Assembly: GCA_012295275.1 (NCBI GenBank)
Contig: CM022672.1
Span: 22,134,001-22,198,000, forward strand
From: Chrysomallon squamiferum
Lineage: Eukaryota; Animalia; Mollusca
Direction of reading: 5' to 3'
Length of the DNA: 64,000 nt
The notes below the pieces were generated by a model that worked only from the letters and a program-made list of their open reading frames with translations, did no database searches and had not been told where the DNA came from. The position numbers and the translations under genes are program-made. Positions 15,951-27,600 of the stretch are shown piece after piece (position 1 is the first letter of the stretch; every line of letters starts with the position of its first letter).

Positions 15951-16317
15951 ATATTCTCTGTTTTATGTACGTCTGATTAGACTCTGCACATAGAAAATAT
16001 TCAGGAACGCACGGGCGCAGGAGGACAAAGTCCAGTCACAACCTCACAACCTCACAAACCCGTCAGATGCCGCTGACGAGACTCGAACGTATGACACCCA
16101 TTCGGACGATGTTACCGTTCGGCCATGAGACAACCTTTAAAAAAAAGTTTCTCAACAACCGAAGGTGATCATCGCTTCCTACGAAGCACGCCGTTCTTTG
16201 TCTTTCGTCATTTTTGGGTGCATCTATTTTTTGTGGGAAACCTGGCGAGAATGTAGTTTAGGATTGTTGATATACTCTGTCTTATGTACGTCTGATTAGA
16301 CTCTACACATAGACAAT
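15951..16317 (-). mobile_element. tRNA-derived Pol III (SINE-like) element bounded by 48-bp direct repeats, period 319 bp
   Basis: Direct repeats 15951-15998 and 16270-16317 are 44/48 identical. The minus strand carries an A-box TGGCCGAACGG (16125-16115) and a B-box-like CGTTCGAGTCT (16089-16079). The element lies between a (TA)n and a (TATG)n tract. Confidence 0.65.
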
Positions 16318-16793
16318 GTGTATGTATGTATGTATGTATGTATGTATGTATGTATGTATGTATGTATGTATGTATGTATGTATGTGTGTGTGTATGTATG
16401 TATGTATGTAAATAAAATAAAAATTTCCCACATGGATTTCAGTCATAGTAAACGAACCCGGAACCTTCCAGTCTTAAAAAAAACCCTTCTTTAAAACAAA
16501 GAGATTCTCAGACTGATAGATGAGATTGGCAATTAATCTGAAATATTTCAAAACCCACCCACGTCATTTAGAAAATACCATGTTCGTCGGTGCTAATACT
16601 GTTTCTGTTTCGTGTGAAAAAGTACACTCAATAATGACGTCAAATCGCGAGATTAAATGGTCTAAATAAAGAAAAGACCTTTCACGTAATTTTCTCTCCC
16701 AGCACTTCACCGTTTAAGGAAATGGAAAACATTTATAGAAATCTAACCCTTTGTTCTTTTGTTGTGGTGTTGTTGTTGGGTTTTTTGAGGGGT

Positions 16794-16825
<32 letters not shown>

Positions 16826-16892
16826 CCGGTATATATATATATATATTTCTCGTTACTATTTAAGGAAGTTATTTTTATTTTTATTTTTTGTA

Positions 16893-16946
<54 letters not shown>

Positions 16947-16950
16947 GTCT

Positions 16951-16984
<34 letters not shown>

Positions 16985-17010
16985 CAGGTTCAATAACAAC
17001 AAAATAGAAA

Positions 17011-17059
<49 letters not shown>

Positions 17060-17257
17060 ATTATAACAACGTGAGAAAAATCTCCCAGAAAAGAAAGACA
17101 GACAGAACAGAAAACGAAAAGAGCATGGCAGTATAACTTATACCACGAGCATTAATCACAAGAGCAAAGCTGGAACGGGAAATATATCGAGGGAATGATA
17201 CAAGAAGCACTGACTCATTTGGCCATATATGAACGCTCTGACTTCAATAAGCATCCT

Positions 17258-17834
17258 TGACGTTACAAATTAACTATGGCAGTCTGTCTTTAAAAATAAA
17301 GCTCCTTGCCAAACATAACGTAATAAATTAACTATGGCAGTCTATCTTTAAAAATAAGCTCCTTGCCAAACATAACGTAATAAATTAACTATGGCAGTCT
17401 ATCTTTAAAAATAAAGCTCCTTGCCAAACATAACGTAATAAATTAACTGACATTCCACCTTCAGAAATTAGCTCCCTTCTATACATGATAGTGCAAGTTA
17501 TCTTCAAAAATAAGCTCCACTCTAAACATGACGTTGCAAATTAACTATGGTAGTCCATCTTCAAAAATACGGTCCCTGCCAAACATGACGTTTCTAATAA
17601 ACTAAGGCAGAAAGTTAAAAATAAGCTCCCTGCCAAAATGACGTTTCTCATTAACTATGGCAGAAAGCTAAAAATAAGGTCACTGCCAAACATGACGTTT
17701 CCAAATTAACTATGGCATAAAGTTAAAAATAAGCTCCCTGCCAAACATGACCTTTCTCATTAACTAAGGCATAAAGTTAAAAATAAGCTCCCTGCCAAAC
17801 ATGACGTTTCTAATTAATTATAGCAGAAAGTAAA

Positions 17835-17835
<1 letters not shown>
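17258..17835. repeat. Minisatellite, ~55-60-bp unit, about 10 copies
   Basis: Recurrent AATTAACTATGGCAG...AAAAATAAGCTCCYTGCCAAACATRACGT. There are two sub-variants (left GTCTATCTTT, right AAAGTT). Confidence 0.95.
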
Positions 17836-17892
<57 letters not shown>

Positions 17893-18835
17893 TAGTTTTT
17901 AAACCGTCAAAGCATACGACAACAAAAAGGTAAACGTACTCCCATGGCGACACTTTCACCACGTTTTCATCGACAGCGCAATTTACAGTCTTATAAACAG
18001 TTTACGTTGATCCCTCATTCATGTTTTAGCAGAAAGGTAACGCCTCACTGAACATACATATTTCCTGTTTATCTGTTGCTGTGGTTACTGTATCGATTAT
18101 CGTTTAAGGTATGCTTATAACCCGATACTTTCACCGTGCCTGTCTTAATATACTCTTGTTGTACTTCGTTTATATTTTAAATTATTTATAGATTTAGTGA
18201 TCAACGCTATACAGCTGCTTTTCTGTGTCTAATTACGTAAATAAAATGACACACGTGTGTAATTATAATATATGTGTACATTTATACCCTTATAAATGTA
18301 TATACATAGATACCTATCTTCGTACATGCACATACACACACATACACACACGAACACACACACACATATATAGACACACATAGTTATATGCATACATCCA
18401 TACATATATATATATTATATATATATATTATATATACATATATACACACACAAACATACACACAGATACACACAAACACTTATAACAATCATATATATGT
18501 AATAATACACACAAACATAAACACACACACAAACACACATACATTCTTACATGCATATACACTACATACATATCCGAATACAAACATGAACGCACTAAAG
18601 TATACACAAAGCTAAATGGACACCAGTAAAAAAAATAATAACACAATACCAACATGTCAACTGAACTAATGTCCCCGCATAAACAAACAAACAGTCGCAT
18701 TGTGATCACATACTCCACTGATTATGTCACAGTCATTTCAAAACACTGATTACACGGATTACGGTAATGTCTAAATATTAGTTTTAAAGAATTGCTTTTT
18801 TATTTCTGACATAAGTCAGCATCCCGAAAAAAAAA

Positions 18836-19003
18836 CGGCCATCTTACTTACCACCATAGAGGTATGAATTTGTATATTGACTTTCGTCAGGTATGTGAAC
18901 TTGTATTGATCTTGGAACCAGATGGAAATGCAAATATCAACATACAAAAAGGTAATATCGATTTTAAGTTTGCGAGTTCATCATGGGCGTTCAAGATGGC
19001 GGA
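18836..19003. mobile_element. Degenerate foldback/palindromic element (MITE-like), ~165 bp
   Basis: GCCATCTT (18838-18845) and AAGATGGC (18993-19000) are inverted. The arms continue with patchy complementarity (TATATTGACTTT vs AAAGGTAATAT; GTATGTGAACTTGTATT vs AATGCAAATATCAACATAC) toward a centre ATCTTGGAACCAGAT near 18909-18923. Confidence 0.4.
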
Positions 19004-20211
19004 CCCGGCAAAAATAATTTAGATAATGAAAGAAAGAAAAAAAACCAAATAGCTGTGAAATAGCAGAAATGGAATGGTAATGAAGAAGATTTTATAAGAA
19101 ATCAAAATTGAAAAGACTTCAGTTTTTGGTCAGTACTTAGTGTGTGTATAAATTTTGTAAAATATATGCTTAAAGCTACTCTACACAAACAAATCCGTGT
19201 TACTACTTTAAACCGAGCGATAATGATAAATTATGTATATTATGAACACCCACGTAGATACAAGGTTATGCCTATATACACACACACACACACACACACA
19301 CATAAATATGCATGCAGAGAAACAGACATACAGACACACACACACACAGTGTGCAAGATGATATAATATTTCTGATGTGCATGTGTATAGATAAAACGAA
19401 ATAAATACGAAGTAAAAACAACCGCTTGATAAATCTTTTCCAGATACCTAATGGGAAAGACCTCTATGAAAAAATATATATATAATAATATATCTTTAAT
19501 CAACACATTTCTAAAATAGGATTAAAAAGTCGACTTAATCATATCGACCTTCTGCAGAATTTACCATCTCATCGAGATTACAAGAAAAATACTCTGAACA
19601 AGGCAATACTTAACAAGCATTCGCACTCTAGTATCATGTACAATAACACCGGTCAAAAGAAGAAAAAGAAGAAAAATTTATAAAAGCCAGCGACAGAAAG
19701 GAAATAAATATCCATCAAACGATCGATTCCGAACTCTCCCTTTTTGTGCGGAAAAACAAAAACGACTCAATCCTTGCGGGGTCTGGTCAAAACAAACTCG
19801 GACAGTGGTCAGACGTGAAGGACATGCGGAATTAATATCGTCATAGAAAAGATATGTTTCTTGTGGTCGTGGTTTCTGAAGCTGTCAAGCGCTGTGAACC
19901 GGTTATTGGGAAGCTGTCAGACAAAACATGTTTATCTCGGCAATAAGGGAACAGACGTCTCAAGGTTTCTCGAAGATAGCGTCAACTGTTTGATGCGTCG
20001 ACTGTTTGATGGTCATTAAGACTTAATAAATCAGCTGGTTAATAACAGATTAAAGAAACATGTCAAAACATCCTTTTGTTGTTTGTTACGTAAAGTAGTA
20101 GCAGCAGCAGCAGAAGCAGCAGTGGCAGTAGTAGTAATGGTGTAGTAGTAGAAGTAGTAATAATATAATTATTGTTGTTAATTGTAGTAGTAGCAGCAGT
20201 AGTATTAGTAC

Positions 20212-20259
<48 letters not shown>

Positions 20260-20899
20260 GAGTGACACTAGTAATAATAGCAGTGGTAGTTGAAGTAAAA
20301 ATAAATATAATGGTATAAGTTTTAACAGTATATTAGTAATAGATGTAGACGCAGATGTAGTACTAGTAGTAGTAAAAGAAGTAGTAAAGAAGCAACAAGA
20401 GCAAAAATAGCCGTAACGCAAGAAAAGCCATAGATTTATTTAGTGTTTATGTATGTTTAAAGGATTTCGGAGAAAATTAAATTTTAAAGACTTATAAAGT
20501 TTATAATTAATTTAACATACAAGGGCTCACCTTTACTTGAAATCTTTCACTGAACAGTAAATCCAGATAAAAGCAAATATAAGCAGTTATCATTCTAGAC
20601 TAAAACACGATACTAGTGTTACTACGTTAATATTTGTTTTGACGTCATAAAGACGCGACCTTTAACCTTATTACGGAAACACACGAAGTCGTCTACGGTT
20701 TTGAAATTTTTGTTTTTAAATTTGTTCTTTATGTCTTCGATAGTTTGTTTATTCTTGTATTATTTATTTATTTATTTTCATTTTTAATGTTTAATTAGTA
20801 TATTTTACTTACATATTTATTTATTTATTTATTTATTTAGTATATTTTTGTTAACCTGGTACGGAAATATACCAAATTATTGCTTTAGTTTATTTACAT

Positions 20900-20934
<35 letters not shown>

Positions 20935-21405
20935 TTTTGAACGAGCATGGAATCGATCGAAGCAGCTAAGAATGATGTCATCATTTCCAGATTTGCGCAA
21001 TCTTTTATTTTTTTTTATTGTAATTTTTTTTTTTTTTTTCATCATTACTAATGCTTTAAACAGCACCGCTGTCATTGTAATGAACGTCATTAAGTAACCG
21101 AGTAAAGGAGTAACGTAACTAACTCGAACATATCTTTACCATTCCTAGTGCGCGTCTTTATTAATTTAGAAGCTCAGACGTTGAGCGTATATCTGGTGGA
21201 TTGTTTTCACTTTGTTAGGACTACATTTGTCTTCTGTCATCAGTATCGATCCCAGTCTTTAGTTTTTACTGACAGACTCAGACGTTTCTGCTTAGTGTCA
21301 CCGCAACTCTTCTATCTACTCTTGTTAAGCCGTGTTCACATTTTGACGATTTGCAGTAACGATCAATAACGTAACAGCTTCCAGTCAGACCCTGTTTTTC
21401 TATCT

Positions 21406-21440
<35 letters not shown>

Positions 21441-21521
21441 GAAAAGAAAAAGAAATCTCAGTCGTCCTTTTTAGCTCAAATCGCATAAATTTTGGAGCCT
21501 CTCGTCAAAAAGAGGTAAAAT

Positions 21522-21999
21522 TGATCAAGGGTTTAAAAAGATCGTTACAAAATATCGTGTCACGTGTGTTCTTCGGTCGTAGGCCTAATTTACAAATTAA
21601 TTAACTCTACGTTTGCGCCCGTGGTTTCGGCGCAGTCGTCAAACCTTTCATCTTTCAGAACGAGTCGTATAAAAGAAAAACAGCAACACAGATCAAGGGT
21701 TAAAACAAATCGTTAGAAAATATCGAGTCGTTTGAATTAACCTATATTCTGCAAATAAACTAACGATTGGTTTATGTTGGCACTTTCAGTACTGTAATTA
21801 AATTCTTCCCCTTTTAAAAGTAGTCGTTAAAAGATAATTTAAAAAAAAAAAAAAAAAAAAAAATAAAAAAAAAAAAAATCTCAAATGAAATACAGATCAT
21901 AGGTTAAAAGAGATCGTTACAAAAAATATCGGGTCTTCCGAATTCACCTGCATTCTGCAAATAAACTAACGATCCGTTTGTGCTGGCATTTTCAGCACG
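21522..21999. repeat. Degenerate ~170-200-bp tandem repeat, ~2.5 copies
   Basis: GATCAAGGGTT..AAA..ATCGTTA.AAAATATCG occurs at ~21523, ~21691 and ~21896. TTCTGCAAATAAACTAACGAT is shared by copies 2 and 3. Confidence 0.8.
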
Positions 22000-22365
22000 A
22001 AATTCGATTGCTGGAGGACGAATAACTGAATAGTTCGTCGATAACAGATCAACTGCAGTCCATTAGTTAATTGTTGCGTCAAATTTTATGCAAACATTCC
22101 GCAAAACGTTTTCTTTAAAACCATTGTCGTATGTACACAGCGGCATAAACAGTGGCATAAACAGTGGCATAATGGAAATAAAAATGTTAGTGAAAAATAA
22201 ACGGTGATAAATGAAAGCAAGATACATTAAATGAGTCTGTAAATTAATGAATTTAGTTGTGGCTTTTTTGTGTGTTGTTGTTGTTTTATTAGGTTTTTTT
22301 TTTATTTTATTTAGCTATGTATGTAATTAGTTAGTCACCCATCACTGAATTTTATTTAGCTTTTC

Positions 22366-22421
<56 letters not shown>

Positions 22422-23271
22422 TAATGTAATTAGATAATAACATACGAATTTACTCTTTATTTATTTATTTATTTATCTTTTTTATTTTTGAACCTTTTTT
22501 TTGTATGCTTTGTTTTTGTGAATTCGTTTTTTTTAGTTCACTGATTTGTTTATTAATATTTATTTTATTTTTTCCGATCTCGTATATCTAACTATGAACT
22601 GTCCAGTCTTAACCAGTACGTTTCATCATTCGAAAGTTAGGAAATCTACCCCCACACAAAGCACTTTAAAAAAAAAAAAAAAGATTTAAAAAAAAAAAAA
22701 AAAAAAAAATAACCTGACTCAAATTACTCTGCACTAAAAGCCGTCTCTAACACGTACACATTACGGTAACTGATAGCACGCACATTAACGGCAATTACAA
22801 TTAATTTCTAAGTATATTTTACGAAGCACTCAGATATTGGTGGTAAGTTGTCTGTGGGGCGAAAGGTTTCGTCCGTATTCCGACAGCGGTAACGAAGCAA
22901 ATAATGACCAACGCGAACAGAGCCAACAATGACCTTTCGTTATGCAAATGAGTAATAAGATAATAGCCCGTCTAGGATGGGCAGTGTGACTCAGTTAAAG
23001 TGTGCAGTCTATTCCTGACAGAAAGATGAACAGAAAATGTGTTTATTTCCTAATAGTGCATGTCATAAAGGAAAGTGGTTGTTGTGGTAGTTCTAGAGGT
23101 CGTTGTAGTAGTGGTTGTAGTAGAGTTGATAGTAGTAGTAGTAGTAGTAGTAGTGGTTGTAGTAGTAGTAGTAGCAGCAGCAGTGGTAGTCTTATTAGTA
23201 ACATTTGCTTTTATATATTTTATTATCCTGTATCTGTATATGTATTAGTGGATGAATAAATATATGAATAT

Positions 23272-23326
<55 letters not shown>

Positions 23327-23621
23327 TGTATGGCTATGTATGTATATGGATGTATACTGTTGTTTATTATTCCTTTACATCACATCTTTTTTACCCAGTA
23401 TTGCTACCAATTTGAACCTCTATAAGAATGACGTAATAATGTTTCCGCAGACGAGGTAACCGCGGGACGAATCTCCTCGCCATAACGAAATTAGATGAGC
23501 TGCTCGATAATCGTGTGTCCGTAATGAAATAATATCTGTCACAGCGTCAATGTGACGATTAATCTGCAGACTGACACTTAGCAGAAACTTCGGTTACGCA
23601 TCCAGCTTAACACTTCGTTGT

Positions 23622-24205
23622 GTAATAGCTGTCGACTTTTTTTCTTGAACGGCAATAGTTTTCGACTCAGAACTCTGCATCGTCGATAGTAACAATTTTC
23701 GACTGAAAATTCGACATAATGCTTTGTAATAGTTTTCGACTCAGAACTCTGCATCGTCGATAGTAACAGTTTTCGACTGAAAATTCGACATAATGCTTTG
23801 TACTAGTTTTCGACTGAAAATTCTTCATCATGCTTTGTACTAGTTTTCGACTGAAAATTCTTCATCATGCTTTGTACTAGTTTTCGACTGAAAATTCTTT
23901 GCCATGCATGGTGATAGTTATCGACTGAAAACCTTTTTTCGGAAATGGTAACAGTTTTCGATTCAGAACTTTTTATCGTTAATTGTCAACTGAAAATTCT
24001 TTATCGTGCACGGCAATAGCTGTCGAATGAATGAACACCTTTTTCTCGTGAATGGTAATAAATTCAGAACTTTTCATAGTTCATGGTAATAGCTGTTTAT
24101 TGAAAACTTTTTATCAGACAAGGTAGTAGCTGTCAACTGAATTTTTTTTTACTTGTGCATGATTAATATAGCTGTCAACTGAAAATTCTTTAATGTTAAT
24201 GGTAA
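23622..24205. repeat. Minisatellite, 37-bp unit with a 74-bp A-B-A-B higher-order block
   Basis: Core TAGTTTTCGACTGAAAA recurs every ~37 bp. It is homogeneous at 23654-23900 and decays to the right. Confidence 0.9.
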
Positions 24206-24579
24206 AAACTGTAATATTGTCATGTACGAGGAAAAAACCAAGATTGGTTAGTTTCGGCAATGGAACGTTTTAATGGAAACTGACGTCAAAAGGAACTGGA
24301 ATCTGTAAATATAAATATGAATTATTTGTGAACTGATGATGACGCTGGTGGACTAAATCAGAGCTGGTGATGATGTTGCGACAGAGCACAATTTGGATGT
24401 ATCAGTATTGTTGCAATTATATAAGAAACCCGTAGTGGCCACAATGTTAATTAACAATGAATGTATACTAATGAAAAATGTATTCCTGATAATTAGAACT
24501 CAGAAAGAATATACATGCTACATACATACATACATACATACATTCATACATTCATATTCATACATCATACATACATACA

Positions 24580-24610
<31 letters not shown>

Positions 24611-27600
24611 CATATCCATACTTATATATACATAACTTATGATCAGAAGACAGACAGACAGACAGATAGATCGTTTGATTTAAAAAAAAGACTTCTACAA
24701 ACAAATACAGCAGTTTATAATGCTATCTCGCAACGGTAAATATGCCGTACAGTAACTGACAGATTTAATGATAAAGAAGAGAAAAAAAAATTAATGCTTG
24801 TAACAGAAATAGAACATTTCCAACGAGGCCATGTAAAACATGCTTCAGTTATGTCGACGCAAATCAGACTGTAAATGAACTGAAAAAGAAACGAGAAGAA
24901 TTTCAGAGATTTATTATTATTTTTTATTTTTTTTTTTTTTTCCTCGGTGGAAAGTGGGTCAGATTGGTGCTATCTGTCTGCAGAGTGCTGAAACGTAATT
25001 GGAAGTAAACGTCGATTTAGTTGTTTCGGTAACTGGACAAATTTGCCCTAGGCAGACATCGCTCGAACATGACACGACATAAAAATTATTCCAGTATCCG
25101 CGAAACGAGACGAGTCTACCTTGCAGCCCTAATTTAGACACTATGCGTTATCAAAATCTGTATTCATTCCGCATGCGGATCCCTGCGGATTAGGTGCTGG
25201 ATGGTATCCAGCCCGCAACCAGTTCTGTTTCTCTTGCCCATTAATGATTTATCGTTTTAATAAATTTTATTGCTTGTTGAATTTATAGATCATCCATGGA
25301 TTGTTTAAATTTAAATTTTAGTATCGTGTGTTTTCTAATAAGGGCGTTGAATTTGACTAAAGTCATCGATCCGCTCCTTGTATTCAATAAAATACGACGT
25401 CAGTAATGAAGAATTATCAAATCTTTATTTATTTATTTGTGTGTTTTTTTGTTTGTTTGTTTTTATTTCAAAATGGCTTTGGATCTTATAACATTTAGCT
25501 TTCTAGTAATCTACAATTAAATTATTGAAATTGATCGATCACTAAATAAGTCAGTGTACAATGAATGTTTTAATTAATTATATATTTATTTGTTATTTCA
25601 AAAATTTAATTTAAAAAAATGATGAAAAAGATTATTAATATCCAAGTAAATATATTACAGTATATCTTAAATTAATATTAAATATGTCCATAACTGCAAT
25701 TAACTGATTTTTAAATCTTATTTTCTAACGATGATACAGTCACAAGATATATTAATTTATTATGATAAACTCAATCAAGAACCGATTTTTATTTCTTAAA
25801 ACGGACTTTTCGTTAAACTATAAAGGTCATTCTTCATTAACGTAAGTTATGTGGTAATTCGGAAAAGAAAAAAAAAAAAAAAAAAAAAAACAGAAATAAA
25901 AAACAGGAATGAAAGAAAGTAAAGAAAAAACACGACTATAACTCATGGTCAAAATAATTCCTGTGATCCAGTAATAATAATCTAGCTTCCTGTTAAATGA
26001 AACTGTTCATCTTCGTTTTTCTCTTCTTCTTTTTTTTTTCCCTGTCGCCATGGCTACGTGAAATTTTGCAAGACCTGAGGGAACAGACTGAACGTAAACC
26101 GTATTGAAAAATAATCTAGATTTCTGAATTAAGTAGCTCACAGATAGTGAACATACGGATTTTTAAGAACAGAACAAAAGTAAGACAAGGATGAAGAAAG
26201 AAAGAAAGAAAAAAAGAAAAAAAAATAAAGAAAGAAAGAAAAAAAGAAATAAAGAAAAATGAAGAAATAAATAAAGAAAATAAAGTGACGGAAAAATAAA
26301 AGGATGACACTAATTCCTTAAGGATTTCACAAATGTAAGCTCATTTATAAATCGACAAAAGTGATAAAAAATAAAATAAAATAAAATAGAATAAAAAGGA
26401 AAGAAAGAAAAAAATGTGTTTCGAAGCAGCTAATTAGAGCTGACGCTGACACGTGTCTGGTGATGTGGTAGCAGGTTGTAATTTAATGGTCACAGTGTTC
26501 TTCTGATAAATGATGAAATGCAGATTCGATACTCCTTATTTAACACTTCAGTCTGTTTCCCGTTCCAGCCACCTGACTGGTTCTTCAAGGTCTGTTTTAT
26601 ATGTTTCTTTTATGGCCACGTCATATATATATAAAAAAATTAACCATTTGCTTATGGAAATACATACATCATGGAATTTCCTCTCTCAGTTATCAACTAT
26701 GTACAACATACATATGGCTGAAAAACTGAAAATGTTAAAACTGTGTTGAGATGTTGCAGAATGTTCGTTCTTTTCTGTTGTTATTTTGTGATATTATGGA
26801 CAGACAGGTTGTTGTTTTTGCTGATTTTTTTTTTTTTTTTTTTCAGTGCATAGTCCAGAACCATCTCAGGTATCAGTTGCATAAATCCTGCCAATTTAGG
26901 TAACAAATATTGATGCACATACTTCACATGCTTGAACTCGATAACATTTTCGTGAGCTTCATTTCCGTTCGTTTTTAAATTTGAGAGCGTTTTCAATTAA
27001 CTTTTAATATAGAAAAGTAACTGACTGCCGAGTGCGTTAATGTTCTGGTCGAAAGTAATCATTGGCTGCGTCGAAAATGGGTGTCCAAGTAAAATTAATG
27101 AAACCACAGTAAGCCGGACAGTGCAGTGTGGTCCAAAGTTTATATCTCTCCCGATTCAGACGTCAGTGGTGTATTGCCCTAAGCTGTTCATCTATCATGG
27201 AAAGGTCAAACTACAATTATACCAACACCCTGCTAGCTTTTGCCGACGCAAGAAGAGAGCAGAACGAAATGAATAGAAGTTATTTTGTGCTATTTTACGT
27301 CAGTAGAATATAATGTCATAATGCCAAGAGAATACATTTAATGAAGCATTTTTAAAGAAGCTCTTATTTTAGAAGTTGTATAATAAAGGAGTATTTTTGG
27401 ATAAGTCGCATTCGACTGGGAAAAAGATTTCGCCAGAAATACTTTATATTTCAAAAGCAAGCTTTCCTTGATAACGTAGATATCTGTTCTTTCATGGGCT
27501 TTGTCTTGAGATTGACATACTGCGTCAAAGGAAAAGCGTGCTTTATTTTAGATAGATACACACATACCAAACAATGGGATAGAAAGAAGCTGTGAAAGAA

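Noticed and set aside
16067-16135. Functional tRNA gene
   Set aside because: A- and B-boxes are present but only ~25 nt apart, and no convincing anticodon or acceptor stem forms. It is treated as a tRNA-derived head.
23622-24205. CRISPR array
   Set aside because: The variable parts are only ~20 bp, are mutually related and duplicated, the context is eukaryotic, and there are no cas genes. It is a minisatellite.
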